Assembly: GCA_002269645.1 (NCBI GenBank)
Contig: NIVC01003912.1
Span: 1 to 64,000, forward strand
Direction: 5' to 3'
Length of the DNA stretch: 64,000 nt
Origin: Macrostomum lignano
Taxonomy: Eukaryota
Below the pieces are notes generated by a model, which ran no database searches, was not told where the DNA came from, and saw nothing but the letters and a program-made list of their open reading frames with translations. The position numbers were made by a program, and so were the translations under genes. Positions 60,001-64,000 of the stretch are shown in pieces (the stretch's first letter is position 1; every line of letters begins with the position of its first letter).

Positions 60001-61157
60001 TCGGGTATTTAACCATTTCAGTTCCTTTGGAATATAAACCATTTCCGGTCCTTCGATTGGGTGTATAACCACTTCCGGTCCTTTCATTGGGTGTATAACC
60101 ACTTCCGGTCCTTTCATTGGGTGTATAACCACTTCCGGTCCTTTCATTGGGTGTATAACCACTTCCGGTCCTTTCATTGGGTGTATAACCATGCACTTCC
60201 GGTCTTTTCATTGGGTGTATAACCACTTCCGGTCCTTTCATTGGGTGTATAACCACTTCCGGTCCTTTCATTGGGTGTATAACCACTTCCGGTCCTTTCA
60301 TTGGGTGTATAACCACTTCCGGTCCTTTCATTGGGTGTATAACCATGCACTTCCGGTCTTTTCATTGGGTGTATAACCACTTCCGGTCCTTTCATTGGGT
60401 GTATAACCACTTCCGGTCCTTTCATTGGGTGTATAACCATGCACTTCCGGTCTTTTCATTGGGTGTATAACCACTTCCGGTCCTTTCATTGGGTGTATAA
60501 CCACTTCCGGTCCTTTCATTGGGTGTATAACCACTTCCGGTCCTTTCATTGGGTGTATAACCATGCACTTCCGGTCTTTTCATTGGGTGTATAACCACTT
60601 CCGGTCCTTTCATTGGGTGTATAACCATGCACTTTCGGTCCTTTCATTGGGTGTATAACCACTTCCGGTCCTTTCACTGGGTGTATAACCACTTCCGGTC
60701 TTTTCATTGGGTGTATAACCACTTCCGGTCCTTTCATTGGGTGTATAACCACTTCCGGTCCTTTCATTGGGTGTATAACCATGCACTTCCGGTCTTTTCA
60801 TTGGGTGTATAACCACTTCCGGTCCTTTCATTGGGTGTATAACCACTTCCGGTCTTTTCATTGGGTGTATAACCACTTCCGGTCCTTTCATTGGGTGTAT
60901 AACCACTTCCGGTCCTTTCATTGGGTGTATAACCATGCACTTCCGGTCCTTTCATTGGGTGTATAACCATGCACTTCCGGTCCTTTCATTGGGTGTATAA
61001 CCACTTCCGGTCCTTTCACTGGGTGTATAACCACTTCCGGTCTTTTCATTGGGTGTATAACCACTTCCGGTCCTTTCATTGGGTGTATAACCACTTCCGG
61101 TCCTTTCATTGGGTGGATAACCATGCACTTCCGGTCCTTTCATTGGGTGCATAACTA
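60001..61157. repeat. 30-bp minisatellite TTCCGGTC(C/T)TTTCATTGGGTGTATAACCAC with interspersed 34-bp (+TGCA) units, about 37 copies
   Basis: The 34-bp variant occurs at 60191, 60345, 60439, 60563, 60627, 60781, 60935, 60969 and 61123. Confidence 0.97.
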
Positions 61158-62822
61158 CTAGCACTTCCAATGCTGAGTTACCTTACTACCCGAGTCTCTC
61201 TATCGTTACTGTTTTGTTGAAATACCAATTCTCAGTGTCAAATAACCACATAGACTATTTAGTGCTTACAGTAGTGTTGTGTTGCTCTTTCATGCAAAAT
61301 TAAAGTCCTTAACTGCAACTTACTCGCTCTCTCAGCTTCTCTGTTCGGTTTGCGTTTGAGTTGTGTTATAAAAATGCTAACTGTTTTGGTGCTGATATTA
61401 TAGCTGGACTGTTCTGTGACAGCCCTGACGTGGGTAACTTTTGCAAACTGTTGCAGCAGGCTTGGTTCTTGGCTTATGTTAATAAAAATGTAAGATTATA
61501 TCTGTAATCATCTTAATCAAACAAGTATCAATAAATTAATGTGCGACAATTGTTTGCCAGAGACAATCTGGCAGAAGCCAAATTGTGCGTTATGCTGATT
61601 TAAATCTATCCTTTGTGGTTCTTGTTTCTATATTGATGGTTAGGAGAAGCGTTGCTCCAGTGTGCTCGCAGCTCGCGATTGTCTGGCGAGCGCCGGTAGG
61701 CATAGACAAATCGTTGTCACGTGCTGCGACCGCTGATTCTTTGCATTGTTTTTCTGTTTGACGATCCTACAGACAATGCATTGTTTGTAGTAATGATTGT
61801 TCTGCATAAAATATGCGAATAATGATCGTCAAATTGCTAAACAATGGCCATAGACGATAAGAAAATTCATTTACTTTGCCATCAATTATTTAATTGCTTG
61901 CTGGCATTCTCTACTAGCTTGCAAAATGCTATATTACACTTTTAAAGTGAGGTCCGAGAGAAGTTGCTTTCTGGAGCAAAGGGTGGCGAGTTATCAATGT
62001 TGCTGAGCATACTAATTAAATGCGCTTTTCATGTTACTATTATCTTGTACTTTCGATTTACATGTGCAACTTTCCAATACATTACTGTGAAGAAGCATCG
62101 AAGTAATGCTTTATGGTTGCTCTGCGGTTTTACAACAACCGCCGCAATATAAAGCACTTTGCTGCTGCAAAGCTCGTAAGACGCTTAAAAGATAAAACAG
62201 CATCAATGTATATTTATAATGTTTTATAATCAGATTGGCCGAAGTTGAAGCCCGATGGGACTGTAGGGTTTAGGGCTCTGCATCCGGATCCCGGGTATTG
62301 GGGTGCAACTAAAAAGAAGGGGCTACAACATCTGCAAAAATCCCCGTATTCATTGACACTTAGCTGCATAACCTTCAAAACTACATATCCCCAACCTTCA
62401 TACCCCCATCCCTAATATGCATGCCCCCAATATGCATATCCCCAATGTCCCCAATATGCATATCCCCTATATGAATATCCTCAATATGCAACGTAGAATT
62501 GAGGCAGGCTACATTTCTTTAATAATATTATATAGACAAAGCCAACAAGAAACCCTTTCTTTTCCGAGTATTTGTGGATAACGATGGCGAATAAAACTAA
62601 AACTTTATTTGTACAACATGTTTCGTTGAACATACAGCATCGTCAGGTAGAATAAAATATTTGTGAGACCAACGGGGTAAGAAAGACGCAAAAATATATA
62701 TTTTATCAATTAGAGCATGGTGTACCAAAAAGCTAGAATTGAACAACATTAAAATTACAGAGTCGATAGAACTAAAGTGCACACTGCATGCTGCCTCTCC
62801 CTGCTAATTGAACGCTAAACAC

Positions 62823-63942
62823 GTAGAAAGACCACGGGGTGTATTACAAATACACACGACCCATTTCACGATAGCTCGCAAACCGAATTACCGATTTTCG
62901 TAAAAGTCTGCCATTTGGATCGAAATTCAGCATTCAGCTCCTGTTCTGGAGGTTCATTTTTGTCATATTTTTGGGGTTTTACTTATTTAATTGTACATGT
63001 ATTTTCTCTTTAATGTACATGAGCCAACCCCCCTCAATCTGCTAACCCCACCCACGTTAAATAATAATAATTAAAAAGGGCGTGATTTTTGGTAAGCGTG
63101 TTCTTGCTAACTTGTTTGATTTGTTTGCCTGCGCGAGAACGCAGAGGTATTGAAGGCTACAAGCATCGGATTTTTGCCTACTTAGTTATTTTTCGGTTTC
63201 GAAGAGTTAGTCGATTTAACAGCTCCATCTGGACGACCTTCGGGATCTTCAACGGGGTGCCCTGACGAGCTGGCTCCCGCACCTTGCTGAACATGGTGCA
63301 GGACCATTGTATAATATGCAAACATGCCTGGTTTGGTGCCTTGTGAGAAAAATCACGATGTTAGCGGTGTCAGCTTGTCGGGGTCGCGTGGTGGCACTCT
63401 GTTGAAGGTCTCGAAGGTCGTCTGTATGTCTACAGTTCAGCCTAGGAGGGTCGCCATCGTCCCTTTCATTCACCGATTATGTCTACTGACTGAATGCTGC
63501 ATGCTGAAGAGGATTCTTCCATTTCAGTTTTGGGAACGCAGCCGTCTCTGAGATGCCGATCGGGTGCTTTTGTTGAAGGTCCCGACGGTCGTCGCCGATG
63601 CTCCAGACGGTGATGAAGGGGACCCTGGTTCCTGGGATGCTGATAACAAAGGCCTCTACGACTGATATGCATAGTTTGTTGAGCCGACGTAGTTTCATGA
63701 TGAGATTTTTGTGAGCAGAAAAATTTTACCAATGTTGGTGGTTTTTTCCACCAGACACCCGAGGAGAATCGTTGAATATCTCGACAATGCCGATTTTTCG
63801 TGATTCTCAAAGTTGCTCCATCGAATAGAGCGGAACATTTTAGCACGTGTTCTGGATTTTCATGACAATTGGTTGAATATTTTTGGAGATCCAGACAAAA
63901 GAAAAAAGTGTGTATTTGAAATACACCCCCTGGTCTTTCTAC
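62823..63942. mobile_element. ~1.1 kb non-autonomous TIR element
   Basis: 35-bp TIR GTAGAAAGACCA(C/G)GGGGTGTATT(A/T)CAAATACACAC (62823-62857 / 63908-63942, 2 mismatches). TTAA lies just outside the right end and CTAAA outside the left. No recognisable transposase ORF. Confidence 0.8.
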
Positions 63943-64000
63943 TGTTAAAAGAGGGTTGGCAGTCTTAAACGTGCAAAGCTTCCAATATAGAAAGTTTATT

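Noticed and set aside
58874-61157. CRISPR-like appearance of 28-30 bp repeats, one of them palindromic
   Set aside because: The units are directly adjacent with no unique spacers, there are no cas genes, and the context is an intron-containing eukaryotic genome.
59983-61170. Many short ORFs (VVIHPMKGPE)n and (FRSFHWVYNH)n
   Set aside because: Translations of the 30/34-bp satellite.

Overview
This is eukaryotic (metazoan) genomic DNA with spliceosomal GT-AG introns, GC-rich exons and AT-rich, transposon- and minisatellite-rich intergenic DNA. The style suggests a flatworm such as Macrostomum, but that is inference and not shown by the sequence. Four multi-exon genes were reconstructed by hand with phase-consistent splice sites. 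(1) A cation-dependent mannose-6-phosphate-receptor-like gene (+, last two exons 9538-9888 and 16219-16525); its 6.3 kb intron is a 29-bp minisatellite split by a 4.4 kb non-autonomous Helitron with exact A|TC...CTAG|T ends. (2) A secreted or surface protein with divergent C-type-lectin-like modules and about 13 sushi/CCP modules (-, 27649 to about 20176). (3) A giant, about 3150-codon, single-pass receptor (-, 13 exons, 44356 to 29638). Its order is signal peptide, 2-3 copies of an unrecognised ~370-aa Cys-rich module, cadherin-like and Cys-rich D/N-x-C-G-x-C repeats, IPT/TIG, REJ, GAIN/GPS, mucin stalk, SEA, one TM helix and a short tail. It carries two apparent frameshifts and one in-frame TAG. 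(4) UBE4B/Ufd2 U-box E4 ubiquitin ligase (+, 53147-58668). The rest is at least 12 minisatellite arrays (many with 28-31 bp units), several hAT MITEs with perfect 8-bp TSDs, a Tc1 derivative, other TIR elements and decayed RTE, hAT and MULE remnants. The most interesting candidate system is the REJ-GAIN-mucin-SEA single-pass receptor, which lacks any 7TM or polycystin channel.
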